This document shows positions 51,601 through 62,580 of a DNA stretch of 64,000 bases, in pieces (position 1 is the first letter of the stretch; every line of letters begins with the position of its first letter). A model generated the notes under the pieces. That model made no database searches. It was not told the DNA's origin and saw nothing but the letters and a program-made list of their open reading frames with translations. This DNA comes from Eledone cirrhosa. Its lineage: Eukaryota. The position numbers and the translations under genes are program-made. The DNA lies in the NCBI GenBank assembly GCA_964016885.1, contig OZ024764.1, positions 7,750,001 through 7,814,000 of the forward strand. Direction: 5' to 3'.

Positions 51601-53258
51601 CACAACCACTACCATCACCACCACCACCACCACAACAAGCACCACCACCACCACCACCACTACAACAACCACCACCACTACAACAACTACCACCACCACC
51701 ACCACAACAACAAGCACCACCACCACCACTACAACCACCACCACCACCACAACCACTACAACAACCACCACCACCATCACCACTACAACCACCACCACTA
51801 CAACAACTACCACCACCACCACCACCACAACCACCACCACCACCACAACCACTACCATCACTACCACCACCACCACCACCATCACCACTCTCACTCTCAT
51901 TATTATTGTTATGCTATGATGATGATGATGATGATGATGATGACTGTAACAACAACACCAATAACAGCAATGGTTGTCATAGTGGTATTGGTGATGGTGG
52001 CGGCGGCGGCGGCGGCGGCGGTGGTGGTGGTGGTGGTGGTGGCGGTGGTATTGGCGGTGGTGTTGGTGGTAGTATCGGTGGTGGTGGCGGTGGTGTTGGT
52101 GGTGGTATTGGTGGTGGTAGTATAGGTGGTATTGGTGGTGGTGGTAGTATAGGTGGTATTGGTGGTGGCGGTAGTATAGGTGGTGTTGGCGACGGCACTG
52201 TTGGTAGTATAGGCGGTGGTGTTGGTATTGGTGGAGGTGGTGGTGTCGTTGGTAGTAGTGGGGGTAGTAGTAGTAGTAGTGAGGGTGACGACGTCGTTGG
52301 TATTGGAGGTAGTACTGGTTGTAGTGTTAGCAAAAAATATACAAATTGTTTCAGGGTAAAAAATCTCCATTTTCCCTTCCTGCCTCGAATGTCGGCCACG
52401 CGGGCCGACATTGGCCCCTGTTTTGATGACATCTCCCCACAGAATTACACCTCCACTACCACCGATACTGCTACTATCTCTAACACTGCCACCGATACTG
52501 CTACTACCACTAATACTGCCACCGATACTGCTACTATCTCTAACACTGCCACCAATACTGCTACTACCACTAACACCGCCACCAATACTGCTACTATCTC
52601 TAACACTGCCACCAATACTGCTACTGCCACTAACACCACCACCAATATACCCACTACCACTACCACTACCACTAATACTACCACCAATACTGCTACTACC
52701 ACTAACACCACTACCGATACTGTTATTGCCACTAACACCACTACCGATACACCCACTACCACTACCTCTACCACCAATACACCCACTACCACTAACACTA
52801 CCACCAATACTACCATTAACACTAGTACCACATGTACTGCTCCTACTACTAACACCACCGCCATCGTGACCACACCCACAAACCTGGCATCACCACCGCC
52901 ACCGCCACTCAACAGTTATTCCCGCCAATCCGTCCATGCCAACCCCTCCAGCCTGAGAAACACGATGAAAAACAACTTGGTTGTGGCGTTGTCCTTCTAC
53001 GCCCTCACCGCCCCCCTACTCATCTGTGCCGCCGTGGGCGCCGTGTCTCGGCCACACTCTGGCCCTGAGTGCCAACACCTGCTGTTAGCCCTTTACCAGT
53101 TGTTCCTGTTCAATGGGCTTATCTGTCCCGCCTATTATTTCCTCTTCAGCAAACACGTCAGACACTGTGCCCTACGGCTCTACTCCAGAGTCAAACATAA
53201 ATGGAGGGCCCGCCATTCAGTCGCCTCCTTCTCTTCTCTCATGCAGAGACACCAATGA
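45615..53258 (+). CDS. Giant single-ORF rhodopsin-like (class A) 7TM GPCR, ~2547 aa, with low-complexity expanded ECL1, ECL2 and ICL3
   Basis: Seven ordered hydrophobic helices: TM1 [17 protein letters not shown] + RRSPSLR; TM2 [16 protein letters not shown]; TM3 [17 protein letters not shown]; TM4 [13 protein letters not shown]; TM5 [18 protein letters not shown]; TM6 [17 protein letters not shown]; TM7 [22 protein letters not shown]-terminal sequons NQT and NIT. No stop codon in 7.6 kb. Confidence 0.8.
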   Translation: MVHAGVSAFICCSLNQTSVALNTYSAHTATAATATTTTPNITSPPISPIASTVADVPLNTLKILMPTSPTAPTAPTAPTAPASPITTDLGSAAAPVLVTVLTLLALVTNCLLVLVVRRSPSLRGYANYYLLNLCCNNILLCLCAAALLLSTVTTMAVKTDAQTTIRSRPVGPASSGATGETSSRHIRSAFLGATGEIASSGATGGTMGATRSRHVGVPGYSGATGETSSRHIRPAFLGATGETASSGATGGTMGATRSRHVGVPGFSGATGETSSRHIRPAFLGATGETASSGATRSRHVGVPAFSGATGATRSSLIQSSSLVGNPPAVLSIAPSAPPPILSTPTSSGPEVQTLASSAPPRILGFNPSGSLVQNHEIQTLAPSFRPRIWGFPSSVPPGVNTQLQILASSTPPKSCSFTSSRALEAYPKVPVIASLVLPTMSGIDPSDPLEENPSALRIALSALPIVSSATASKQAMFSPAPLEYTQMKLLLSDPVLSDPSVLSFAHSTLLKILGFNLSGPLRANPEVSGIAPTSLPVVLGPVVSCAAHQSPNTASHQSHNTTSHQSHNTTSHQSHNTPPHQKLSPAASGFLESSPSWLDISPTRVTGSVQLVSEHIQIPPAVSDSTPSHPAVPRHAPSHPAVSSHAPFHHAVPNHAPFHPEISSHAPFHSAASGHAPFHPAAASHTPFHSTVPGHVPFHSAVPNHAPFHSIVSSHAPSHPAVPNHVPFHSAVPNHAPFHSAVPSHAPSYPATSDSTPSQPEVPHPTQSQPSMLTPAATPICGVQLFLCSHFFLQYCMGFASVSYYHCWTLHRTTVSLHARKKFVVYSIGTSWFLSLHLSAALVVVFVEDLLAWTVFTSPTSGIAWMGTVTTTTTTATATLPARPPPPPPPPSSTPPPPSSSSTPPPPPSTTPPSPPPPPPSSTPPPPTTSPPPPPPPPPSTTPPSTPPPPPPSTSPPPPSTPPPPSTTPPSPPPPPSSSTPPPPSSTPPPSTTPPSTPPPPSSSSTPPPPSSTPPPPPPPLSSTPPKTTTEATISTMKIFTANTTPHPSHTTPPHQKLNPTPHQKVNPTPQQKLNPSPHQKVNPTPQQKLNPAPHQKDNPTPQQKLNPAPHQSHNTTPHQKLNPSPQQNLSDTTPHRKLNPAPQQNLSDTTPHRKLNPAPQQTLSDTTPHRKLNPAPQQNLSDTTPHRKLNPAPQQNLSDTTPHRKLNPAPQQNLSDTTPHRKLNPAPQQNLSDTTPHRKLNPSPQQNLSDTTPQQNLSDTTPHRKLNPAPQQNLSNTTPQQNLSDTTPHQKLNPSPQQNLSDTTPQQIQFTTPQHLLVFLYLIVFLASFAFVVAAHINMNVVLGFIGGPRCHRFLFGLGFCLGHSNTRIKDERNSNSNNISPTNNSNNTPNTNTTNTTITTNNTTITTSNATPNTTNNNTTTNNNTTNNSNTNNTTNTINTTTNTNNTTNNSNNTTTTTNNNTNNNNNTNTTNTINTTTDNSNTNTTNTTNNTTTNTTNTTNTNNTINTTTNTTNTTNTNTTNTTNTTTINKGKKKRWKFTKPNRVSPYCRVTLHGTAVASGIVTPYDSATPYGTVSHHGTVTPYDSVTPYGTVSLHGTTHHGTAAHQGTIHHGTVTPYDSATPYGTVSLHGTATHHGTAAHQGTIHHGTVAPYDSATPYGTVSHYDTTHHGTATHHGTATHQGTIHHGTVTPDDSATSYNRVSHHGTMTHYSTVTPSRTTAPHGPVSPHNTTTPHGTATPCGIVPPHVTAAPHVATMPYGTAVTSANNCRNPPHISRRSHLTQSQSSLPSSTSLLPLPPPPLPPLPPPPLPLPPLPLTSSSPQLPPPPPRLLPPLQQPSSPLPLQQPPPPTSPSPLPLQQPPPPTSPSPLPLQQPPQPPSPLPLQQPPPPTSPSPLPLQQPPQPPPPSLQQPPSSPSPLQPPPPPSPLQPPPSPSPQQPPPSPSPLQPPPQQPPSSPSPLQPPPQQPPSSPSPLQPPPQQPPSSPSPLQPPPPPQPLPSPPPPPQQAPPPPPPLQQPPPLQQLPPPPPQQQAPPPPLQPPPPPQPLQQPPPPSPLQPPPLQQLPPPPPPQPPPPPQPLPSLPPPPPPSPLSLSLLLLCYDDDDDDDDDCNNNTNNSNGCHSGIGDGGGGGGGGGGGGGGGGGGIGGGVGGSIGGGGGGVGGGIGGGSIGGIGGGGSIGGIGGGGSIGGVGDGTVGSIGGGVGIGGGGGVVGSSGGSSSSSEGDDVVGIGGSTGCSVSKKYTNCFRVKNLHFPFLPRMSATRADIGPCFDDISPQNYTSTTTDTATISNTATDTATTTNTATDTATISNTATNTATTTNTATNTATISNTATNTATATNTTTNIPTTTTTTTNTTTNTATTTNTTTDTVIATNTTTDTPTTTTSTTNTPTTTNTTTNTTINTSTTCTAPTTNTTAIVTTPTNLASPPPPPLNSYSRQSVHANPSSLRNTMKNNLVVALSFYALTAPLLICAAVGAVSRPHSGPECQHLLLALYQLFLFNGLICPAYYFLFSKHVRHCALRLYSRVKHKWRARHSVASFSSLMQRHQ

Positions 53259-53279
53259 CATATTTTATACATACATACA

Positions 53280-53942
53280 TCTTAACTATAATAAAGTAAG
53301 AAGTACAGGACTGTGTCCAGAATATATTTTTTATCCCGTTAGTAAAATAAGTTGGATTACTTTGAATAAATAATTGTTTCTACTTTAGGCACAAGGCCAA
53401 CAATTACCCAGTGCATTACTGGTACTTTATTTTATCGACCCCGTAAGGATGAAAGGCAAAGTCAACCTCGGCGGGATTTGAACTCAGATCGTAAAGGGAC
53501 GTAACTATGCTGGAAAGCATGGCGTCCGACCCTCTACCGATACTGCCAAATGTATGAATATTACATAATTTATCTACTAAATTTTGTAACTTTTGATTAA
53601 ATATAAATAATTTTATTGCTTATTTAAAGATTCACTTCTTTAAAATTTTCCAAGTCAACACTTCAGGTTATAACACTTATAAAAACATTGCATATATTTC
53701 CATCGCTAATTTTCTGCAGTTAATTAAATGCAGTTTATATATAATATTGTCTTTTTTAAATGGATTACTTTACTGATTACATAAGACAGTGTAACACAGT
53801 CTCTCTTCAATTTCTGTGTATATTGTTAATTACGATTTCATTTGATGTATCATATATATATGTATATATATTTGTGTATAATATCAATATACACACTACA
53901 CATGCTAGCAGAAAACCACTCGGAGGGTGGTTTTTCTGCTAG
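53280..53942 (+). mobile_element. Non-autonomous Helitron (A|TC...CTAG|T), same family as 5831-8199, with a nested SINE
   Basis: Collinear similarity to 5831-6311 and 8157-8199; terminal hairpin CTAGCAGAAAACCAC..GTGGTTTTTCTGCTAG. Confidence 0.75.
53375..53550 (-). mobile_element. Second tRNA-derived SINE family (partial copies at 14223-14316 and 14985-15078)
   Basis: Minus strand: TGGCAGTATCGGTAGAG (A box), GAGTTCAAATCCC (B box), central GCCTTTCATCCTTACGGGGTCGATAAA. Absent from the sister Helitron copy. Confidence 0.7.
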
Positions 53943-53985
53943 TGTACATAATTTATATATGCCCGTTTATATATCCATATCTATA

Positions 53986-54062
<77 letters not shown>

Positions 54063-54099
54063 CAGACACAGTTATTTGTAAATATATACTGAATATATA

Positions 54100-54392
54100 T
54101 ATTATTCAATAGCTATGACCTCATCAGGCAGTAAGAACTTGAACAGAAAAAACAAGAAAACATAATGTTGTAATAGATTTTACTTTGTTAATCCATTGGT
54201 ATGCCCAGCTCCTGGGTGGGTTGTTAGTCCTCTAAGGAAGTGGAAGCACATCTTAGAGGACTAACACCACACTCTGGATCTGAGCATATCAATGGATTAA
54301 CCAACATTATGTTTTCCTGTCTTTTTTGTTCAAGTTGTTTCTGCCTGATGAGGTCATAGCTGTTGAATAATGGCTATCACTGAAATATATAT
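54100..54392. repeat. ~270-bp imperfect fold-back with a degenerate hammerhead motif at 54341-54397
   Basis: attattcaatagctatgacctcatcaggcag...ctgcCTGATGAggtcatagctgttgaataat..GAAATATA. Confidence 0.8.
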
Positions 54393-54499
54393 AACAGTGA
54401 ATATGAATAAACAAAGCTAATTTTACCCTGTTGACTTACACTTCTTGTTTTTTTGTTTTTAAATATATGTATATATATATATATATGTGTGTGTATATA

Positions 54500-55098
54500 T
54501 ATATATATACACTATATATACACTGTATATACATTATATACACATTACATACACATTATATATACTCTATATATACATTATATACACATAACATACACAC
54601 TATATATATATACACTATATATACACTGTATATACATTATATACACATTACATACACATTATATATACTCTATATATACATTATATACACATAACATACA
54701 CACTATATATATATATATACACTATATATACACTGTATATACAGTATATACACATTACATACACATATATACTCTATATATACATTATATACACATAACA
54801 TACACACTATATATATATATATACACTATATATACACTGTATATACAGTATATACACATTACATACACATATATACTCTATATATACATTATATACACAT
54901 AACATACACACTATATATATATATATACACTATATATACACTGTATATACATTATATACACATTACATACACACTATATATACACTGTATATACATTATA
55001 TACACATTACACACACACTATATATATATATACACTATATATACACTGTATATACATTATATACACATTACATACACACTATATATATATACTATATA
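54500..55098. repeat. TA/CA-rich minisatellite
   Basis: Recurrent tatatacactgtatatacattatatacacattacatacac units. Confidence 0.9.
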
Positions 55099-55565
55099 CC
55101 CACTGTAAAGCGGACGTGTAAAAGACACAGCAAAAAGCACCCAGTCCACACTGTAAATGTGGTTGGTGTTAGGAAGGGCATCCAGTCGTAGAAAACCAGC
55201 CAGAAACACCCCTATTTGAGCGAGACACAGCCACCCGACACAACTTGCCTCAAAATAGGACCCGTCTAACCCGTGCTAGCGAGGAAGATGGTCGTTAATC
55301 GATGATGATGATGATGATGATGATGATACATTCTATATATGATGTCGTCCAAGAGAAAGGCAAAGGCCGGTACAGCTTGGTACCAGAGGTGTCGCAATTC
55401 ATTTCTACAGCTGAGTAAACTGGAAATCAGCCAGTCTGGGAATCGACCTCACAACCTCACATGTATGTATGTAAAAGGTAAACAGAAATAACAACACAAT
55501 CGGTACAGTATATGGAAGGAATTCCAACCTGCCCGTCCCTTCAATCTATCTTATTTCTCATTCTT

Positions 55566-55601
55566 TCTTCTGATGAAAGACTAGTGTCCGAAACGTTAAG
55601 A
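55566..55601 (+). ncRNA. Minimal hammerhead motif (Penelope pLTR-type)
   Basis: TCTT-CTGATGA-A-aGAC-tagt-GTCc-GAAACGTT-AAGA; 4-bp stem I. Confidence 0.6.
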
Positions 55602-55952
55602 CCCTCTTCCTGCTATATCAAGCGTTAACCTAATATATTCCTTCCATATACTGTACTGATTGTGTCGTTATTTCTGTTTACCTTTTACATATATATATAT
55701 ATATGCATATATATATATACATACATATATGCATACACACACACAGTCCCCGGAAAGAAACAATGCAGTTATTAACCAGAGATGAAATTAAGGCATGAAA
55801 GATTTCACACCTCTAGCGTCACTCCTTCCTAGTCAGCCTATGAATTTTTCATCCGACCCTCGTATATATACACATATATATACTGTTCAATATAACCCAT
55901 ACGTATATATGTATATGTATATATGTGTGTGTATGTATATATATACATATAC

Positions 55953-56603
55953 ATTTTTTCACGCTCAGAGTTGCTGAAGCATGGAACAAACTACCTGCAT
56001 CAGTTGTTAGCTGTCGAGACACTGCATCCTTTAAAACCTCCATGGTACAAACTACCTGCATCAGTTGTTAGCTGTCGAGACACTGCATCCTTTAAACCCT
56101 CCATGGAACAAACTACCTGCATCAGTTGTTAGCTGTCGAGACACTGCATCCTTTAAAACCTCCACGGAATAAACTACCTGCATCAGTTGTTAGCTGTCGA
56201 GACACTGCATCCTTTAAAACCTCCACGGAATAAACTACCTGCATCAGTTGTTAGCTGTCGAGACACTGCATCCTTTAAAACCTCCATGGAACAAACTACC
56301 TGCATCAGTTGTTAGCTGTCGAGACACTGCATCCTTTAAAACCTCCATGGAACAAACTACCTGCATCAGTTGTTAGCTGTCGAGACACTGCATCCTTTAA
56401 AACCTCCATGGAACAAACTACCTGCATCAGTTGTTAGCTGTCGAGACACTGCATCCTTTAAGGCCTCCATGCTTCCCGAGATCCGCCAACACTACAGCTA
56501 ACACATACACACATGTACTTCCCTGACATTTGTGTATTATTCTATGTACTATACATACACCTTTGACGAGTTGTAGTGCACCTGAGCACTTTACACAATA
56601 ATT

Positions 56604-56647
<44 letters not shown>
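55953..56647 (+). mobile_element. CR1-like LINE 3' end with an internal 61-bp tandem amplification (~8 copies) and an (ATT)n tail
   Basis: FFTLRVAEAWNKLPASVVSCRDTASFK resembles the CR1 ORF2 C-terminus; units at 55980, 56041, 56102 and onward. Confidence 0.75.
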
Positions 56648-56648
<1 letters not shown>

Positions 56649-56721
56649 GTGTATATATAAATATGTGTACGTGTGCATGTATCAGCTGTACTAAAACGAG
56701 AAATAAAATACTTATTTTATT

Positions 56722-56754
<33 letters not shown>

Positions 56755-56761
56755 CTGTGTG

Positions 56762-56808
<47 letters not shown>

Positions 56809-56845
56809 GCATGTGTGTGTCTGTGTGTATATATATATATATATA

Positions 56846-57166
56846 CACATGGCTTAGTGGTTAGAGCATTGGCTTTGCAATCGAAAGGTTGTGAGTTCAA
56901 TTCTCAGACCGGGTGATGTGTTGTTTCCTTGAGCAAGACACTTTATTTCATATTGCTCCAGTTTACTCAGCTGTAGAAATGAGATTATAGGGACTGGGAT
57001 CCCTATCATTCGTGGAGGTGCCACGGCAAAAAAGCACCCAGCACTCACTCTAAATGAGGTTGGTGTTAGGAAGGGCATCCAGCTGTAGAAATCAAGCCAG
57101 AATCAGTTCCCGTCCCACCCTTGCAAGCAGGGAAAAGTGGACGTAAAATGAAATGATGATGAAATG
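56846..57166 (+). mobile_element. tRNA-derived SINE, short-tail variant
   Basis: Matches the SINE at 36172-36512. Confidence 0.9.
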
Positions 57167-57188
57167 AATGTATGTGTGTGTCTGTGTG

Positions 57189-57226
<38 letters not shown>

Positions 57227-57984
57227 CGGATGGGTGGTAGAACAAAATCAAGGGAAACAACTCTTGTCATCTTGTCCGTCTGTTGTTTTTGTTGTTTGAC
57301 TTTTGAGCACCGAAGTCGCTCTCTTTGGTCGTGAGTACAGTTTGTGAGAAATGGCTCCAAGATGGTTGTGTTTACCAAGATGTGAATAATAGCAACGTTT
57401 AAATTGTCGACAGTTTGGTCGTTTCTTGATCGCTGGATCGGCTGAAACCGGCCTCAAGTCTCGCTGGGACAAACCCGTTACCTAATTAATCCAGGTTGGT
57501 ATTGTTTACATACTAAAATTTATAGAAAAATGTATGTATATGTATATATGTTTATGTTCACACTGCGTATGTATTTGTGCTGTGTATACGCACAACACAA
57601 ACATATACATGTGTATATATATATATTTATACAGTTGTCCTCCGGTATTTGTTGGGGTTACGCTCCTAGAGCACCCGCGAAGAGTGAAAAATTGCGAATA
57701 TTGGACGTGGTCCATAAAAATGCCTATAAACGTCAAAATATAACGTAAAATGTAATAATAAAAAAAAGGGGGGAGCGTCTTATGCGAGGGGGCGTTCAAT
57801 AGGCGGGCAAATACGGTATATTGTTGTTAATCATTTAGCGTTAAAAAATATATATTGCCACGAAAAAAGCCATTAAAAAATCGCGGAAGATATTTACGAT
57901 TCCGCGAATATGCAGTAGTTTCCACGAACCATTATTAGTTAGGTTCTAAGCAAAATTCCGCGAATGCCGGGCTTACTCTGCATG

Positions 57985-60597
57985 TGATGGCTGCAACTCG
58001 ATTTCGTGTAATGCCATCCCTTGACACCTAAGCAAGAGTAGCACAGACGCTGTAACAATGGAGGTCTCTCACACAGCAGGTGTTACGGTCCTGTTTAGTG
58101 CACTTTCAAATGACGTTTCAGTCCACCAATTGAGGCCCACCCTTTTCCACACTCCCCACAAACAGAAATGCCATACAATGCACAGTTGACAGTGTCCTCA
58201 TGTACATGGCATCTCTGATAACTTTCAAGGCCTGCTCTATTAAGACATAACCGGCCAGATTCTTTACAGGCTAAATAAACCTTCATGCCAAGATACTTAG
58301 ACAATCTAGACTCAAGGCCCTTACGAGCACACCACCTGAGCTGTTCATGTTCAACACGGTTTCTTTCAAATTCTCCCCCCCCCCCCCTCCCATCATGCCC
58401 TACCTTCCTCCTGGAAAGTCTATCTAGACTAGTTCTAGTCACTCTCTGATATTTTCATCTTCCTCGGTGTGCTTTTAATGCAATCCCTGTACCTCAATTT
58501 TGGTTTGATCCCTCCATCTTGATCGATGTTGAAAAAAATATGAGAGACTTTATACTGGTAGACTGACTGTATTTGAGGACTTGGGTGTCACCCACGTACA
58601 TATTCCAGAGGATGTCCTGTATACATCGAAGACACTGTTGGTGAATGTGCTCCAACCCTATCAGATGTCTTCAGTAAGTGACCTAGGTCTTAGATACATA
58701 CAACACAGAGGACAAAACACAAGCATTAAACACTTTTAACTTTGTCTCAGTGGAAATACAATGCTGAGACCATAGACATCCATCCAGTTTCCCAAATGCA
58801 TCCCTTGCCGTCTTGATTCAGAGGGAGATTTCTTCAACTAGAGTAGTGGTTATGTTCTCAGTGCTGCCTAGATATACAAACTTATCCACGACTTTCAATT
58901 TCTACCCAAAGACATATATCTTTGGTCTAGTACAGTGCTACTCAAAGTGGTGGTCCGCGGACCGGCCACTGTCCAGGCCATGCTGAGGAATCATTTGAGG
59001 AATTTTTTTTAGTGCTTTTTTATATGTTTTGATATTGTATTATTTGTTTACAAAATAAATAGAAGATAAAAAAATGGTCAACTATTATTATATTCATTAT
59101 ATATATCATTTCCAGTATAAATTAATATTACTACGAAATATTAGCAGTACGTGGCACATTGAAAGAAAAAATGCTGGTCCGCCACATCAGATAGTTTGAG
59201 AAGCACTGGTGTGGAGTAAGCTTTGCCTGGTGCAGGTAGGTACAACACCACAGTCTTTTTCAGACTGATTGTTAGGCCAAAAGCCCTGCATACTTTCGGA
59301 AAAGGATCCATGAGATGTTACATGTCACACTTGGAATAAGCGACAAGATCACAGTCGTCAGCATACAAGAATTTGTGTATCAGCAATGTAAATATCTTCG
59401 TTCTGGCAGCAAACCTTCTGACATTGAACATTTTACCTGTTGTTCAATATCTAATGTAGACCTCGTGTGAGCAACCTTCAAAAGCCATCAAGAAAACCAG
59501 AGCAAAGTACAACACAAACAGAGTTGGCGCTGGAATGTCTCCTTGCTTAACACCATTTTCAACCACAATGAGAACAGAGAGCTTACCTTCATTCCATCAT
59601 GGAAATCTCTCTACACACAGACAATTTTATCAGGACACCCAAGCTTCCTGAGAATTTTCCACAGGGCAATTCTATTGACTGTATCAAAAGCCTTTGTTAG
59701 ATCGATAAACACCTGTTACAGGTCCAGCCTCTGCTCCATACATTTCTCCTGCAATTGTCTCACCATAGAGATCATGTCTGTTGTCCTTCTAACATGTCTA
59801 AAGCCACACTGAGATTCAGGAAGGGTTTCACCAGTGATGTTGTCAAGGTGCCTGTCCAGTATGATCCTACAACAGATAGAATGGATATCCCACGCTAATT
59901 GCTACAGTCGTCCCTTCCACCTTTGCCTTTGTAGAGAACCACCATTAGTGCATCTTTCCATTCATGTGGGACACTCTCTTCAACCCAAACCTTTTGGATT
60001 AAAGTAGTTAGATGGCAAAGTAGATTTTCACTTCTGTATTTAAAGATTTCAGCAGAGACCATCTGTCCCAGGTGTCTTATTCAGCTTTTTCACAATGATT
60101 TTTACTTCTTCTAGGGAAGGAGTTTCTGCCATTACATCTTTGGTGGGTCTGCAGGGAATTGTATTGACAAACTCGACACCAACCTCAGTGGGCCGATTTA
60201 GAAGTCTGTCAAAGTGTTTGCACCACCTGACAAGAATGTCCTTTAGATCCCTAAGCAATTCTTTGCCGTGCTGAGTGCGAAGAGGTGCCAATGAGCAGGA
60301 TAACGGCCCCTAAACTTACCACAAATTATACAACAACTTTGTGTTGTTGTAGTCTGAATCTCCTCTGCTTTATTCCTCTCCCACTTATCTTATATGCTAT
60401 GAAGACTATGCTGTACTTAATACTACACCACCTTACTCACCTCTGCTCCACCAGCTAACACTTTTGTTATCACTATGTTCCTTTCATTTAAAAGCATCTG
60501 AACCTCTTCGTCATTCTCATCAAACCAGTCTTGATTTCTTTCGACTAAACCCAGAACATCCTTGCAGACTTCATACACAGAATTTTTAAACTTTTGC
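57985..60597 (-). mobile_element. Old degenerate RTE-clade LINE with a C-terminal C2H2 finger
   Basis: Minus-strand fragments NQDWFDENDEE, PLR..GK.LL, KTPGTDG, FLYADDC, VDKFVYLGS, and C-terminus CGECGKGWASIGGLKRHLKVH*. Confidence 0.8.
58933..59208. mobile_element. hAT (Charlie/MER5-like) MITE nested in the old RTE
   Basis: TIRs CAGTGCTACTCAAA / TTTGAGAAGCACTG. An extra 8 bp at the junction (gtctagta vs gtgtggag) is compatible with a decayed TSD. Confidence 0.75.
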
Positions 60598-60744
60598 TAT
60601 GTTAGGAAGGGCACCCAGCTGTAGAAAAGCAGTCAGAAACAGTCCTATATGAGCGAGACATGGTCACCCGACCCAACTTACCTCAAATGGGACAAACCCG
60701 TCTAACTCGTGCTAGTGTGGAAGATGGACGTTAAACGAGGATGA

Positions 60745-61152
60745 CGAGGATATACGACGGCTGGAGAGAAATGAAATAAGCATGTTCCGTTGGATGTGCA
60801 ATGTCAATGTGAGTGAACGACCAAGCATAGACAAGTTGAGAGAGAAACTGTGTATAAGAAGGATAAGCTGTAGTGTGTGGGAGAGAAGACTGAGATGGGT
60901 ATGGACATGTGATGTGCATGGAGGATGACTGCTGGGTAAAGAAGTGCCAAGAAATCCCAGTAGAAGGAAGACGCAGTAGAGGAAGACCACAAAAAACATG
61001 GGCGGAGGTGGTGAGAGCAGACCTCAGATCATTGAAGCTCATGGAGGAGATGACGAAGGACCGTGACAAGTGGCGAGATGCTGTGCTGAATAGGACCCGT
61101 CCCACCCTTGCAAACAGGGAAAAGCGACGTAAAATGATGATGATGATGATGA
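60745..61152 (+). mobile_element. RTE 3' fragment with (ATG)n tail
   Basis: EDIRRLERNE..WMCNV..GRPQKTWAEVVRADL..KWRDAVLN; matches 24183-24590. Confidence 0.9.
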
Positions 61153-61274
61153 TATATATATAACAAAGAAAGTGTGGTAAGGAATCAGGTGGACCATAAC
61201 GTACCAGAGTACTCGATACTTAGGGTAGTAGAGGGGGAAATAGGAAAAGACTCTTTTCCTATATATATATATAT

Positions 61275-61645
61275 GGAGGCACATGGCTTAGTGGTTAGAG
61301 CCTTGCAATCGAAAGGTTGTGAGTTCAATTCTCAGACCGGGTGATGTGTTGTTTCCTTGAGCAAGACACTTTATTTCACATTGCTCCAGTTTACTCAGCT
61401 GTAGAAACGAGATGATAGGGACTGGTGTCCCTATCATTTCACTGCAAAGTGGTCATGTAGGTGCCACAGCAAAAAAATCACCCAGCCCACACTGTAAAGT
61501 GGACGTGTAGGCGCCACAGAAAAAAGCACCCAGCCCACACTGTAAATGAGGTTGGTGTTAGGAAGGGCATCCAGCTGTAGAAATCAAGCCAGAATCAGTT
61601 CCCATCCCACCCTTGCAAGCAGGGAAAAGCGGACGTAAAATGAAA

Positions 61646-61648
<3 letters not shown>
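61275..61648 (+). mobile_element. tRNA-derived SINE, short-tail variant
   Basis: Matches the SINE at 36172-36512. Confidence 0.9.
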
Positions 61649-61681
<33 letters not shown>

Positions 61682-61999
61682 CCCAGCCCACAATAGGGTT
61701 TCTCTTATGCAGACCATTAATTTCTCTTTGTGAGGTTCACCATCCTGAGATCAGCTCTCACCACATCTGGTTAAATCTACCTCAGTCTTCCTCTTCCACA
61801 TTCAGTTCCATTATATACCATTAAACCTAGAATCAGGTGATTGCCAACCAAACTCTTTAACCCCTCAGCCACCAGTCAACCGTCCCTGCTCCAATGTCTT
61901 TTAGATTTTCACTATTTCCATTTTATTTATTTCCTTTTTGTCTTTTTTTCTTCTGTTTTTCTTGGTTTGTAGTTCTCCCTTGATATAGTCGGAACCCTC

Positions 62000-62257
62000 G
62001 AACACATTGCCGACATCTGGAACACATTGCCGACATCTGGAGTACATTGCTGACATCTGGAACACATTGCCGACATCTGGAACACATTGCCGACATCTGG
62101 AGTACATTGCTGACATCTGGAACACATTGCCGACATCTGGAACACATTGCCGACATCTGGAGCATATCCCTGACATCTGGAAGACTTTACCGAGATCTTC
62201 AACACATCTCTGACATCTGGAGTACATCTCTCACATCTGGAACACATTGCTGACATC
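62000..62257. repeat. 20-bp minisatellite with a 60-bp higher-order pattern
   Basis: Two gaacacattgccgacatctg units followed by one gagtacattgctgacatctg, recurring. Confidence 0.9.
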
Positions 62258-62453
62258 ACAACAACACGTCCTCACAACACAATAACACCATCTCAAAACA
62301 CAATACAACAGTACCACACCTCACAACACAACACAACACCTCACAATAACACCATTTCACAACACAATACAACAGTACCACACCTCACAACACAACACAA
62401 CAGTACCACACCTCACAACACAACACACCAGCATCGCTATACAGTGACACTAC

Positions 62454-62540
62454 ATGGAGACAGTTGTACCTGCCGACAGTACTGGGCTCGGTCTCAGACC
62501 ATCGGTCAAGGAAGAAGACTTCCTTATGCCAGCTGTCGTC

Positions 62541-62580
<40 letters not shown>

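Noticed and set aside
47975-52912. Overlapping and antisense ORFs within the GPCR (poly-Val, poly-Thr, poly-Gly)
   Set aside because: By-products of stop-poor trinucleotide repeats, with no domain signal.
57500-57985. Possible Tc1/pogo-type MITE ends (aaatacgg|ta at ~57817)
   Set aside because: Only one plausible terminus was found, with no matching TIR.
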